Positions 1 to 9,339 of a stretch of DNA of 64,000 nt are shown one piece after another. Both the position numbers and the translations under genes were made by a program. This stretch comes from an uncultured Bacteroidota bacterium (GTDB lineage: Bacteria; Bacteroidota; Bacteroidia; Bacteroidales; WCHB1-69). The notes under the pieces were generated by a model. The model saw nothing but the letters and a program-made list of their open reading frames with translations, ran no database searches and was not told the DNA's origin. How positions within the stretch are numbered: the stretch's first letter is position 1; every line of letters begins with the position of its first letter. The stretch is taken from NCBI GenBank assembly GCA_902774175.1, contig CACYHG010000004.1, positions 6,673-70,672 of the forward strand. The letters are read 5' to 3'.

Positions 1-701
1 AATATATAGTTAAAAATATGAAAAATCAGCTCGATCAAGCATATAAATGCAAATGAAATCCCCATATATTTCATATAAAAACGCAAGCGGGGGCTTTGTA
101 AATCCACCGCCATGCCCAGCAAAACCCATATCAATGCGGTGCCAGGTGCGACAATAGCGAACAACGCGAGCAGAAGATACACCCATGGTTTCTTGCACTG
201 CTGCTCCCTCAAATCAAGCAGCAGCTTAATAACCAACAGACCCAAAAACAGATATGGGATATAGGCCGGCCAACCCCAAAGATGCACCCAAGCTGACACA
301 GCACGAATTTTCTTAAGATGAAAATAGACATGTATCAAAATCCCATAAACCGCATATTCGGTAATATGCGCCGCCCATGCCGCCTGCCGTTTTTCCGCAT
401 ACAGGGATATAAGATAGAGAATAATGGCAAATCCGGCATCTACAAAAAGGCAGGCCACCAGCAACACAACATTCCAGCGGCCCCGCTTCCACATCTCCGC
501 CGCCAGAAAGCAGCAGCCTATCAGGTTACACAAATATATCTGATAACCCAAAAATCTGAAACCCAATTCTGTAACTGAATCCGAAGCACTGAACATTTCC
601 AATAAAGGAAAAAACAAGGCATTGATGGCCGCATGCAAAAGAAAGAGCCCCAGCAGCACTATCGCGAACTTCTTCAGGGTTGGAAAAACAGACTTGTCCA
701 T
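1..701 (-). CDS. Multi-pass integral membrane protein, 3' end cut by the window edge (absent from the ORF track because it has no stop in the window)
   Basis: Own translation of the minus strand from the ATG (cat at 699-701) gives MDKSVFPTLKKFAIVLLGLFLLHAAINALFF... The frame stays open to nt 1. It has several hydrophobic helices (WNVVLLVACLFVDAGFAIILYLISL, PWVYLLLALFAIVAPGTALIWVLLGM). No family was recognised. Confidence 0.5.
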   Translation of the reverse strand, partial: MDKSVFPTLKKFAIVLLGLFLLHAAINALFFPLLEMFSASDSVTELGFRFLGYQIYLCNLIGCCFLAAEMWKRGRWNVVLLVACLFVDAGFAIILYLISLYAEKRQAAWAAHITEYAVYGILIHVYFHLKKIRAVSAWVHLWGWPAYIPYLFLGLLVIKLLLDLREQQCKKPWVYLLLALFAIVAPGTALIWVLLGMAVDLQSPRLRFYMKYMGISFAFICLIELIFHIFNYI

Positions 702-851
702 TGTTGTATTTTTGCAGACATAACGGTGCAATTTTAAAATTATTGTTTGAATTTGCACCATAATCCATCTTTTTGCAAAACTAAAATCCATCCGATACAA
801 TTTTATTGGAATTGCTCCGTTAATTGGGTTTTAACCATCAAAAACAACAAC

Positions 852-2306
852 ATGAATAACAACCATCAAAAACGCAGAAACATTCTCATGGCGATATTGT
901 TCGCCGTATTCTGCCTTCCTATGGCCAACGCCCAAAAGTGGAAAACTGTCAAATGCGGTGGGGAGTTCACCATCGGCATAAAGGAGGACGGCAGCCTTTG
1001 GGGCTGGGGCATGAACGGCAACGGACAGCTTGGTTTTGAAAGTGAGGAGCAATATGTTAAAAAGCCCCGGCAAATTTTTCAGGAGACCGATTGGAAGGAT
1101 GTCGCCGCAGGCAGTTTACACACCATCGCAATTAAAAATGACGGAACCCTCTGGGGCTGCGGACTGAACAGCAACGGTCAGACCGGCCTTGGAGAAAATG
1201 ATGAGAGCATGGGCTATAACCGTTATGAGTTTGAACAGATTGGAACGGACACGGATTGGGTGGCCGTCGAAGCCTGTTATGCCAGTTCATACGCCATCAA
1301 AAGGGACGGGAGCCTATGGGCATGGGGCTATAACTTATATGGTATGCTCGGCACAGGAAACGACACGGCAACAAGTCTTTTCACCCCTACAAAGGTGGGG
1401 ACACAATCGCATTGGGTGAAAGTTTCCGCAGGAGGATTTGCCACAGCTGCCATTGACACCAACGGACATCTCTATTTGTGGGGACTGGTGTTTGACGGGG
1501 CAGATTACGAGATATTGGACCAACCGTTCCGAATGGCTGCTCCGGAAGATTCCAACGCCACCTTCACGGATGTCTCAGTCGGATGGGATTTCATGATCGC
1601 CCTGCGCAACGACAGCACACTCTGGGCTTCCGGCTCCAACTATTACGGATGCCTGGGAGAACTGACCGACAGCATCTATGTGGACGGTTGGACACAAGTC
1701 TGCACGGCACACAACTGGACCAAGATCCGTTGCGGCAGCATATGCGCCTACGCCATCAATGACAAAGGCGAGGTCTACGCATGGGGCGGCAACCTTTACG
1801 GCCAATTGGGGTTTACCACACAGGGACAAAGCACCTCCACCCTGACGCGGATTGAAGATGTTAAAGATTGCAGGGATGTCCAGGCGGCAAAATCCTTCCT
1901 GTATGAATTCAGCCTTTACGGATTCCACACCTGTCTGCTGAAGGAGGACGGCTCACTATGCAACATGGGGAGCAACTATGTCTGCCAGCTGGGCAGGGGC
2001 GAACCCGACTATGACATACATACGCTTTATTGTGAAGAGACATCTGTCAGGGAAGCGATGGAAAACAATTCTGAACTGCTGCTCTTCCCTAACCCATGTC
2101 ATGGGCAGGTCACTGTCAGCCGGATTCCGAAAACAGCCGTGGAAATCATGCTCACCGACGCCACCGGCCGTCTTATCCGGCGCATTCCCGTCACAGATAG
2201 CGAAATGCAAATCTCCATGCAAGGATTGGCCGATGGAATTTATTTCCTGCAAGTGTCCGGCAAAGAGAACCGCATAATCAAAAAAATAGTTAAAAACACT
2301 TATTAA
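852..2306 (+). CDS. Secreted RCC1/BLIP-II repeat protein with a T9SS C-terminal sorting domain
   Basis: The signal peptide MNNNHQKRRNILMAILFAVFCLPMANAQ starts at ATG 852; the track start at 747 is a TTG extension. Repeats of the form DGSLWGWGxNxxGQLG recur about 7 times. The C-terminus LLLFPNPCHGQVTVS...GIYFLQV...KKIVK is Por_Secre_tail-like. Confidence 0.85.
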   Translation: MNNNHQKRRNILMAILFAVFCLPMANAQKWKTVKCGGEFTIGIKEDGSLWGWGMNGNGQLGFESEEQYVKKPRQIFQETDWKDVAAGSLHTIAIKNDGTLWGCGLNSNGQTGLGENDESMGYNRYEFEQIGTDTDWVAVEACYASSYAIKRDGSLWAWGYNLYGMLGTGNDTATSLFTPTKVGTQSHWVKVSAGGFATAAIDTNGHLYLWGLVFDGADYEILDQPFRMAAPEDSNATFTDVSVGWDFMIALRNDSTLWASGSNYYGCLGELTDSIYVDGWTQVCTAHNWTKIRCGSICAYAINDKGEVYAWGGNLYGQLGFTTQGQSTSTLTRIEDVKDCRDVQAAKSFLYEFSLYGFHTCLLKEDGSLCNMGSNYVCQLGRGEPDYDIHTLYCEETSVREAMENNSELLLFPNPCHGQVTVSRIPKTAVEIMLTDATGRLIRRIPVTDSEMQISMQGLADGIYFLQVSGKENRIIKKIVKNTY

Positions 2307-2327
2307 AAACAATTATAAAACATCATT

Positions 2328-4472
2328 ATGAAGATCAGAACCAGCATTTTGTGCATCGCCATCGCGATGTTTGTGACGGCAGCCCGCGCCGATGAGGGGA
2401 TGTGGCAGCCCTATTTCATCAACGGACAGAACCTTGCGGAGATGCAGCGGCTCGGCTGCAAGCTCACCGCAGAGCAGATTTTCAGTTTCAACCAGCCCAG
2501 CCTGAAGGATGCCATCGTGCAGTTCGGCAACGGCTGCACCGGAGAACTCATCTCCCCGGAGGGACTGCTGCTCACCAACCACCATTGCGGCCTCGGACAG
2601 ATTCAGGCGCACTCATCAGTAGAGCACGACTACCTGCAGACCGGATTCTGGGCCCGCAGCAAGGGCGAGGAGCTACCGAACAAGGGACTGACCGTCTCAT
2701 TCTTGAATTATATTGAGGATGTGACCGGAGCGGTGCTTAAAGGGGTCACCGACAACATGTCGGAGGAAGAACGTGCCAAAACAATCCAGAAAAACGGCAA
2801 GATGCTGATCGAAAAACGCGGAAAAGAGGGCGGCAAGCGCGTGGAGATTGTCCCCTTCTACCACGGGAACCAGTTCATCCTGTTTGAATATGAAGTCTAT
2901 AAGGATGTCCGCTTAGTGGCCTGCCCGCCATGGGGCATCGGCAAATACGGCGCCGACACCGACAACTGGACCTGGCCGCGCCACAAGGGCGACTTCTGCA
3001 TTTTCCGCGTATATACCGCACCGGACGGCTCCCCCGCCGAATACAGCAAGAACAACATCCCGATGAAGCCGAAGCACTTCCTCCCCATCTCGCTCAAGGG
3101 GGTGCAGCCCGGCGACTACACCATGATTCTCGGCTACCCCGGCTCCACCGACCGCTACTCCCACTCCGGCTCGGTCAAAAATGTGATGGAGCTGGAGGGA
3201 CCTGCCATCATCGCCTGCCGCACCACCAAACTGGAGCAGTACCGCAAGCACATGGATGCCGACCCCGCCGTATTTATCCAGTACGCCTCCAAACAGGCCA
3301 GCGTGAGCAACTATTGGAAATACAGCATCGGACAGGTGAAACAATTGAAGAACAACAAGGTGTATGAGAAACGGCTTGCGCAGGAGCAGGCCTTCCGCGA
3401 ATGGGTGAATGCCGATAAGGGACGCAAAGCCAAATACGACGGCATTCTGGAGGAGCAGGACCGCTATTGGGAGCACCAGTCCAAATACACCAAGGCGCTG
3501 ATCTACCACCGCGAGGCCGGCTGGCGTGGCGGTGAGGCGGTGGCCTTCGCCAACAAATTCCTGCGGCTGAGCAACGCCATCGGACAAAAGAGCCTGACCG
3601 ATGAGCAGATTGCCGGATACGCCAAACAGATGAAACCTGAAGTTGACGCATTCTTCAAGGATTACAACAAGGCGTTGGACCGTGACGTGACCATAGCTCT
3701 GCTGAATCTCTTCTACAAGGATATACAGCCCGACCAGCTGCCCGCCCTCATCAGGAAGGTTGGCGACAAGGCGCACGGCGACTTCACCGCATACGTGAAC
3801 AAAGCCTTCGACAAGTCGGTGCTGGTGGACAAGAGCAAACTGGACGCCTGGCTTGACAACCCCAAACCGCTGGACAAAGACCCCATCTTCGCACTGATGT
3901 ATGACATCGTTAAATCATACGTCACACTGGATGAAGCGTCGGAAACGGTCAACAACGGACATGCCGAAAGGCTCTACATGCAGGGACTGATGGAGATGCA
4001 GAAGGAGCGCAACTTCTACCCCGACGCCAACTTCACCATGCGGCTCACCTACGGCAGCGTGCAGGACTGCCACCCTGCGGACGGTGTCACCTACAGCCAC
4101 TTCACCACACTGGACGGCGTGATGGCCAAGTACAAGCCCGGCGACTGGGAGTTTGACCTGCCGAAGGATCTCATCAGTCTTTGGGAGAAGAAGGACTACG
4201 GCCGCTACGCCGACAAGGAGGGCAACCTCGTGGTAAACTTCATCACCACCAACGACATCACCGGCGGCAACTCCGGCAGCCCCGTCATTGATGCCGAAGG
4301 CAACCTCATCGGCCTCGCCTTCGACGGCAACTGGGAGGCCATGAGCGGCGACATCTCCTTCGAGCACAAGGTGCAGCGCACCATCTGCATGGACATGCGC
4401 TACCTGCTCTTCATCATCGACAAGATGGCCAACGCCCAAAACCTGCTGCAGGAGCTGAAGATTGTAGAGTGA
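2328..4472 (+). CDS. S46 family dipeptidyl-peptidase (DPP7/DPP11-like serine protease)
   Basis: A signal peptide is followed by ADEGMWQP. The catalytic His context is LLLTNHHCG and the catalytic Ser context is TGGNSGSPV. The length (714 aa) is typical of the S46 family. Confidence 0.9.
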   Translation: MKIRTSILCIAIAMFVTAARADEGMWQPYFINGQNLAEMQRLGCKLTAEQIFSFNQPSLKDAIVQFGNGCTGELISPEGLLLTNHHCGLGQIQAHSSVEHDYLQTGFWARSKGEELPNKGLTVSFLNYIEDVTGAVLKGVTDNMSEEERAKTIQKNGKMLIEKRGKEGGKRVEIVPFYHGNQFILFEYEVYKDVRLVACPPWGIGKYGADTDNWTWPRHKGDFCIFRVYTAPDGSPAEYSKNNIPMKPKHFLPISLKGVQPGDYTMILGYPGSTDRYSHSGSVKNVMELEGPAIIACRTTKLEQYRKHMDADPAVFIQYASKQASVSNYWKYSIGQVKQLKNNKVYEKRLAQEQAFREWVNADKGRKAKYDGILEEQDRYWEHQSKYTKALIYHREAGWRGGEAVAFANKFLRLSNAIGQKSLTDEQIAGYAKQMKPEVDAFFKDYNKALDRDVTIALLNLFYKDIQPDQLPALIRKVGDKAHGDFTAYVNKAFDKSVLVDKSKLDAWLDNPKPLDKDPIFALMYDIVKSYVTLDEASETVNNGHAERLYMQGLMEMQKERNFYPDANFTMRLTYGSVQDCHPADGVTYSHFTTLDGVMAKYKPGDWEFDLPKDLISLWEKKDYGRYADKEGNLVVNFITTNDITGGNSGSPVIDAEGNLIGLAFDGNWEAMSGDISFEHKVQRTICMDMRYLLFIIDKMANAQNLLQELKIVE

Positions 4473-4473
4473 T

Positions 4474-4585
4474 TTCCGCCAAATCGCCGAACAAAATTCC
4501 GCCAAATCGCCGAACGAAATTCCGCCAAATCGCCGAACGAAATTCCGCCAAATCGCCGAATGAAATTCCGCTAAATCGCCGAACA
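4474..4585. repeat. Tandem repeat, 23-bp unit x about 5 (ttccgccaaatcgccgaacgaaa)
   Basis: Copies start at 4474, 4497, 4520, 4543 and 4566. Copies 2 and 3 are identical and the others differ by 1-4 nt. The array starts 2 nt after the S46 peptidase stop codon. The period is not a multiple of 3, so it is non-coding. Confidence 0.9.
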
Positions 4586-4827
4586 TATTGAAATAATGAT
4601 TATTTTTGCGGCGTAAAAACGATGAACATGAACAGATATAAATGGTGACGATTTCATTAATGTAGTGCCGGTGGGGTGTTTGAAGGGGTAAGGAAAACTT
4701 TTTTTTCTATTCTTCATTCGGAAAAAAAATTGGGTGTATATGGAATATGTAATCATATTTTACGGAAATTTGCAAATTATTAATTGGTGTCTGCAATATA
4801 CAAATTGAGAAAGAGAATTTGAAAGGT

Positions 4828-7818
4828 ATGGCTCTTGAAAAACAAATAGAAGACCAGTTTATTAGATATTTAAGCGAAAATCTGAAATATGTCTATCGCG
4901 AGGACATTCATGACAGGAATTCGCTTGAGCGGAATTTTCGGGAGAAGTTCCAATCCTTGAATCGTTGTCATTTGACCGATAATGAGTTTGCCCGTTTGTT
5001 GGAGGAAATCACGGATTCGGATGTGTTCAACGCTTCGAAACGATTGCGTGAACGCAATACTTTCATGCGTGAAGATGGAACGCCGCTACAGTATATGTTG
5101 GTGAACATCAAAGATTGGTGTAAGAACGATTACGAGGTGATTCACCAGTTGCGCATGAACACACGGAACAGTTTTCAGCGCTATGATGTCATTTTGCTCA
5201 TCAACGGTTTGCCAGTCGTGCAGATTGAGTTGAAGACTTTGGATGTCAGTCCGCGCCGCGCCATGCAGCAAATTGTGGACTACAAGAACGATGCCGGCAA
5301 CGGCTACACCAATTCGCTGCTGTGTTTCATGCAAATGTTCATTGTGAGCAATCAGCATAATACCTATTATTTCGCCAATAATAACAAGGAGCATTTCAAC
5401 TTCAATGCTGAGGAAAAATATCTGCCTGTGTATCAATGGGCTGACGAGAAAAACCAGAAGATAACAGGTTTGGAGGCTTTTTCGGATGCTTTCTTGCAAA
5501 AGTGCCGCTTAGGCGAGATGATTAGTCGCTATATGGTTTTGGTGGCTTGTGAACGGAAGGTGCTGATGATGCGCCCATATCAGATCTATGCGGTAAAGGC
5601 GATTGTCAGTTGCATCAACGAGAACCGTGGCAACGGCTACATTTGGCACACCACGGGTAGCGGAAAAACACTCACTTCGTTCAAGGCTTCAACGCTATTG
5701 AAGGACAATCCTGAAATTGAGAAATGCCTTTTTGTGGTGGACCGTAAAGACCTCGATAAGCAAACGCGCGAGGAATTCAACAAGTTCCAAGAGGGTTGCG
5801 TGGAGGAAAACACCAACACGGATGCACTTGTCCGCCGTATGCTTTCCGAGGACTATGCCGACAAGATTATTGTGACCACCATTCAAAAGTTGGGCATTGC
5901 CCTTGATCCACAAAACCGCCGTAATTATCAGGAAAGGCTTATGCCGTTGAGAGACAAACGGGTGGTATTTATCTTCGATGAGTGCCATCGTTCGCAATTT
6001 GGCGATAACCATAAGGCCATTAAGGAGTTTTTCCCGAAATCGCAGTTGTTTGGGTTTACGGGAACTCCTATTTTTGAAGAGAATGCCACCTATACTCAAA
6101 GAACTGGTGAAGAGGCTAGATACAAGACTACGAAAGATGTCTTTCAAAAGGAACTGCATGCCTACACTATCACCAATGCCATTGAGGACAGGAATGTGCT
6201 GCGTTTCCATGTGGATTACTTCAAACCCGAAAAGTCGGATATGGCGGGAGAGACGGTGAAGAAATCTGCGGTTGTGCGTACCATTTTGGCCAAGCATCGT
6301 GCAGCCACCGCCGACGGGCGTTTCAACGCCATTCTTGCTACGGGTTCCATCAATGAGGCCATTGAGTATTACCATCTGTTCAAGGAGATGCAAGCACAAA
6401 AGTTAGAGATGGATAATACTTATGATCCTTTGAACATTGCTTGCGTGTTCTCGCCGCCCGCCGAGGGTAATCGTGACATCCAGCAGATTCAAGAAGATTT
6501 GCCACAGGAACAAAAAGACAACGAGCAGGAACCCGACAAGAAAAAGGCTGCCTTGATGACCTTCATTGCTGATTATAACAAGCAGTTTGGTACTAATTAT
6601 TCTGTGAACGAGTTTGATGCGTATTATCAGGATGTGCAGCAGCGTATCAAGAACCAGCAATACAGTAATAAGGACTATGCCCACGAGAACAAAATAGACA
6701 TCACGATTGTGGTGGATATGTTGTTGACGGGCTTTGATTCCAAGTATCTGAACACACTATATGTGGACAAGAACTTGAAATACCATAGTTTGGTGCAGGC
6801 CTTTTCGCGCACCAATCGTATCCTAAACGATAGCAAGCCTTACGGAAACATTCTTGACTTCCGTGGTCAACAGGAGGCCGTGGATACTGCCATCGCCTTG
6901 TTCTCTGGCGAGAAGAAGGAAGAGGCAAGACAAATTTGGTTGGTGGAACCTGCTTCGGTTATCAGGAAGAAATACCTTGATGCGGTGAATGGTTTGCGCA
7001 ATTTCATGGCACTTCATCATCTTGATTTTAAGGCGGAGGATGTGTTCAATCTGAAAGGTGACGATGCAAAGGCTGGTTTCATCGTTTGCTTCAAAGAAGT
7101 GCAGCGACTCAAGACACAACTCGACCAATATACTGACCTTGTGGAAGTTGAAGAGGAAAGCGCTCCGAGTTTTGTGGCAGAGCCGCAAGCATCGTATGGT
7201 TTCACTGATGATGACTTGCGGGCCTTCCGTGGGGCGTATCTCGACATTGCCCGCGAACTGAAAACACGAAGAGAAAAGTCGGATGCATCCGTTCCAAATG
7301 AGGTAGAGGAACTCGATTTTGAGTTTGTCTTGTTTGCTTCGGCCATGATTGACTACGACTATATCATAGAATTGATTTCCAAGTGTATGGGACAGCCAGC
7401 TAAATGGAAGATGACCAAAGAGGAATTGGTCAACTTGATTCGTTCGAGTGCCAACCTCCTTGACGACCGTGAGGACATTATTGCCTACATCGACAGCCTC
7501 GATGGCGTGAATGGTCGAACAGTTGATGAAATCAAGGATGGATACGAGGTCTTCAAGACGGAGAAATATGCCAAGGAATTGATGGCCATTGCTGAAAAAC
7601 ATGGTTTGAGTGTAGCCTCGTTGCAGGCTTTTGTGAACGACATTGTAGATCGCAAGATTTTCGATGGCGAAAAATTGAACGACTTGCTTGAACCCCTTGA
7701 TTTGGGTTGGCGCGACCGCACTCGCAAGGAAACCGAACTGATGAACGACCTTGTGCCGTTGCTGAAACGCTTGGTGCCTGGGCAAGAGATTTCGGGGTTG
7801 AAGGCGTATGAGGAATGA
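4828..7818 (+). CDS. hsdR: Type I restriction enzyme R subunit (HsdR)
   Basis: SF2 motif I is WHTTGSGKTLTSF and motif II is FIFDECHRSQ. The protein is about 1000 aa and sits in a locus with hsdS and hsdM. ATG at 4828 is preferred over the TTG at 4819. Confidence 0.9.
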   Translation: MALEKQIEDQFIRYLSENLKYVYREDIHDRNSLERNFREKFQSLNRCHLTDNEFARLLEEITDSDVFNASKRLRERNTFMREDGTPLQYMLVNIKDWCKNDYEVIHQLRMNTRNSFQRYDVILLINGLPVVQIELKTLDVSPRRAMQQIVDYKNDAGNGYTNSLLCFMQMFIVSNQHNTYYFANNNKEHFNFNAEEKYLPVYQWADEKNQKITGLEAFSDAFLQKCRLGEMISRYMVLVACERKVLMMRPYQIYAVKAIVSCINENRGNGYIWHTTGSGKTLTSFKASTLLKDNPEIEKCLFVVDRKDLDKQTREEFNKFQEGCVEENTNTDALVRRMLSEDYADKIIVTTIQKLGIALDPQNRRNYQERLMPLRDKRVVFIFDECHRSQFGDNHKAIKEFFPKSQLFGFTGTPIFEENATYTQRTGEEARYKTTKDVFQKELHAYTITNAIEDRNVLRFHVDYFKPEKSDMAGETVKKSAVVRTILAKHRAATADGRFNAILATGSINEAIEYYHLFKEMQAQKLEMDNTYDPLNIACVFSPPAEGNRDIQQIQEDLPQEQKDNEQEPDKKKAALMTFIADYNKQFGTNYSVNEFDAYYQDVQQRIKNQQYSNKDYAHENKIDITIVVDMLLTGFDSKYLNTLYVDKNLKYHSLVQAFSRTNRILNDSKPYGNILDFRGQQEAVDTAIALFSGEKKEEARQIWLVEPASVIRKKYLDAVNGLRNFMALHHLDFKAEDVFNLKGDDAKAGFIVCFKEVQRLKTQLDQYTDLVEVEEESAPSFVAEPQASYGFTDDDLRAFRGAYLDIARELKTRREKSDASVPNEVEELDFEFVLFASAMIDYDYIIELISKCMGQPAKWKMTKEELVNLIRSSANLLDDREDIIAYIDSLDGVNGRTVDEIKDGYEVFKTEKYAKELMAIAEKHGLSVASLQAFVNDIVDRKIFDGEKLNDLLEPLDLGWRDRTRKETELMNDLVPLLKRLVPGQEISGLKAYEE

Positions 7819-7841
7819 TATTAATGATAATAATCTAATCA

Positions 7842-8372
7842 ATGATGATTTCTAACGAACAAGCTGATTATTTGATTCATTTGAAGAAGAAAATCTTTCA
7901 GAATGACAATGTTTTGGAGAATCTTGCCATAAACCAAGAGTTTCCATTGAACTTGCGTTATGAACTGGTTTCCGAAGATGATGATGAATTCACGTTTTTA
8001 TGGGTGATTACGCAAAGTGCAAAAAACGCCCTGAAGATTTCATTACACTATCAAGAAAATGAAAGTAACGTAGGTTTACTTAGGGTGGATTATTATGGGA
8101 CACATCAAAATCCATTTGCCGCAAAGGAGAACCTTCCCGACAAATTCCGACCTTATATAGGAAAGTTTTTCTCATACGATGAATGTCATGTGCATTATCA
8201 TGTTGAGGGGTATAAACCTTTGGCTTGGGCTGTTCCGATAGCAGATTCCGAAATGGACACAACAGAAATTACAGAAACGAATGTGAATCAACAGATGATT
8301 TCTGCTATTATGGATTTTGCCAAAATAATTAAAATTGAAACAAAAATAACTATTAATCCCTTGTTGTTATGA
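7842..8372 (+). CDS. Hypothetical protein (176 aa) embedded in the type I R-M locus; no family recognised
   Basis: The ORF starts at an ATG 24 nt after the hsdR stop. Its stop overlaps the next gene's start (ATGA at 8369-8372). It has a His/Cys-rich patch, SYDECHVHYHVEGY, and an LLRVDYYGTHQNP segment. Confidence 0.6.
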   Translation: MMISNEQADYLIHLKKKIFQNDNVLENLAINQEFPLNLRYELVSEDDDEFTFLWVITQSAKNALKISLHYQENESNVGLLRVDYYGTHQNPFAAKENLPDKFRPYIGKFFSYDECHVHYHVEGYKPLAWAVPIADSEMDTTEITETNVNQQMISAIMDFAKIIKIETKITINPLLL

Positions 8373-9160
8373 ATGATTGGTTTGAAGACAGTATTAGTCA
8401 GTATTATCACTGGTTAAGAGAAAAAACATTTACCAAATCTGATGGACAATCGGGTTGGATTGCAGTGTCCACTCCCTTTTTGGGACTTTTTAACGATCCT
8501 ATTGAAGTATACATGAGGTTACAGGGGGATACTATTTTGTTGTCTGACGATGGGGTTACATTAAAGAATCTGGCTTTATCGGGGGCGAACGTGACCCGTT
8601 CTCAAAAAAGGAAGGAATGGTTGGAATACATATTGTTAAATTACGGGGTCGAGCTACATAACGATGAATTATGTATTAGTGCGAAACAGGCTGATTTTCC
8701 ACAGAAAAAGCACAATCTGATTTGTGCCATATCAGAAATTTCAGACATGGAAATTACTGCGAAACACATAGTATCATCGTTATTTAAAGAAGATGTAAAA
8801 CAGCTGCTTGATGATCAAGGCATTATTTACACGCCCCAGTTTATCACGAAGGGAAGTACGGGTATAGAATTCACTTTTGACTTTCAGATTGCAAGCAGAG
8901 AAAAGGAATTGGTGCTGAAATCGTTCAATTCATTGAATAAAATCAATGTTCCAAGTTTCCTTTTTAGCTTGGACGATATCAAGCCTGTTCGAGAAAGAAC
9001 ATCTGGGAAACAGTTGCTTAGCCTTGCTGTGGTTAATGATGTGGAAAAAGAGATAAAACAAGAGTTCATTAGTGCATTACAGAGCAAAAACACAGACATC
9101 ATATATTGGAGTGAACGTAATAAACCCGAAAACATACAGAAACTTCATTTAGTAGCATAA
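8369..9160 (+). CDS. DUF1828/DUF1829-like two-domain protein (263 aa), function unknown
   Basis: The N-terminal segment GWIAVSTPFLGLFNDPIEVYMRLQGDTILLSDDGVTLKNL matches my recollection of DUF1828. The C-terminal half (GSTGIEFTFDFQI...) resembles DUF1829. It is translationally coupled to the upstream ORF. Confidence 0.6.
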   Translation: MNDWFEDSISQYYHWLREKTFTKSDGQSGWIAVSTPFLGLFNDPIEVYMRLQGDTILLSDDGVTLKNLALSGANVTRSQKRKEWLEYILLNYGVELHNDELCISAKQADFPQKKHNLICAISEISDMEITAKHIVSSLFKEDVKQLLDDQGIIYTPQFITKGSTGIEFTFDFQIASREKELVLKSFNSLNKINVPSFLFSLDDIKPVRERTSGKQLLSLAVVNDVEKEIKQEFISALQSKNTDIIYWSERNKPENIQKLHLVA

Positions 9161-9188
9161 TAATGAATGTGAGTATTGAAATATATTG

Positions 9189-9196
9189 TATCTTTG
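9189..9196 (+). promoter_or_regulatory. Candidate Bacteroidetes -7 box (TATCTTTG) inside the R-M locus
   Basis: It matches TAnnTTTG and lies in the 179-bp gap between the DUF1828/1829 gene and hsdS. It is about 145 nt upstream of the hsdS ATG, so the assignment is weak. Confidence 0.3.
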
Positions 9197-9339
9197 TGCT
9201 TTCAAATAAAAGCAATGTTTTATTTGAGAAACTTATTGATAATAAGCCTCTCAGGCGCGCCTTTGGCAGCATACTTGAGGGGCGTTTCTCATTTTATAAC
9301 CCCAGTTGTTACTAATTCTAACGAAAGAATCCATTGATT

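Noticed and set aside
747-851. N-terminal extensions from alternative (TTG/GTG) starts in the ORF track, here and at 15415, 17372, 36124, 37483, 39274, 41670, 53366 and 28561
   Set aside because: In each case an internal ATG begins a signal peptide or a conserved N-terminus, or lies downstream of a TAnnTTTG box. The extension adds unrelated sequence.
2913-4586. Minus-strand ORFs of 287 aa and 223 aa overlapping the S46 peptidase gene and the 23-bp repeat
   Set aside because: They lie antisense to a gene with clear catalytic motifs. The FGDLAEF repeats in the 223-aa ORF are only the 23-bp tandem repeat read through in shifting frames.
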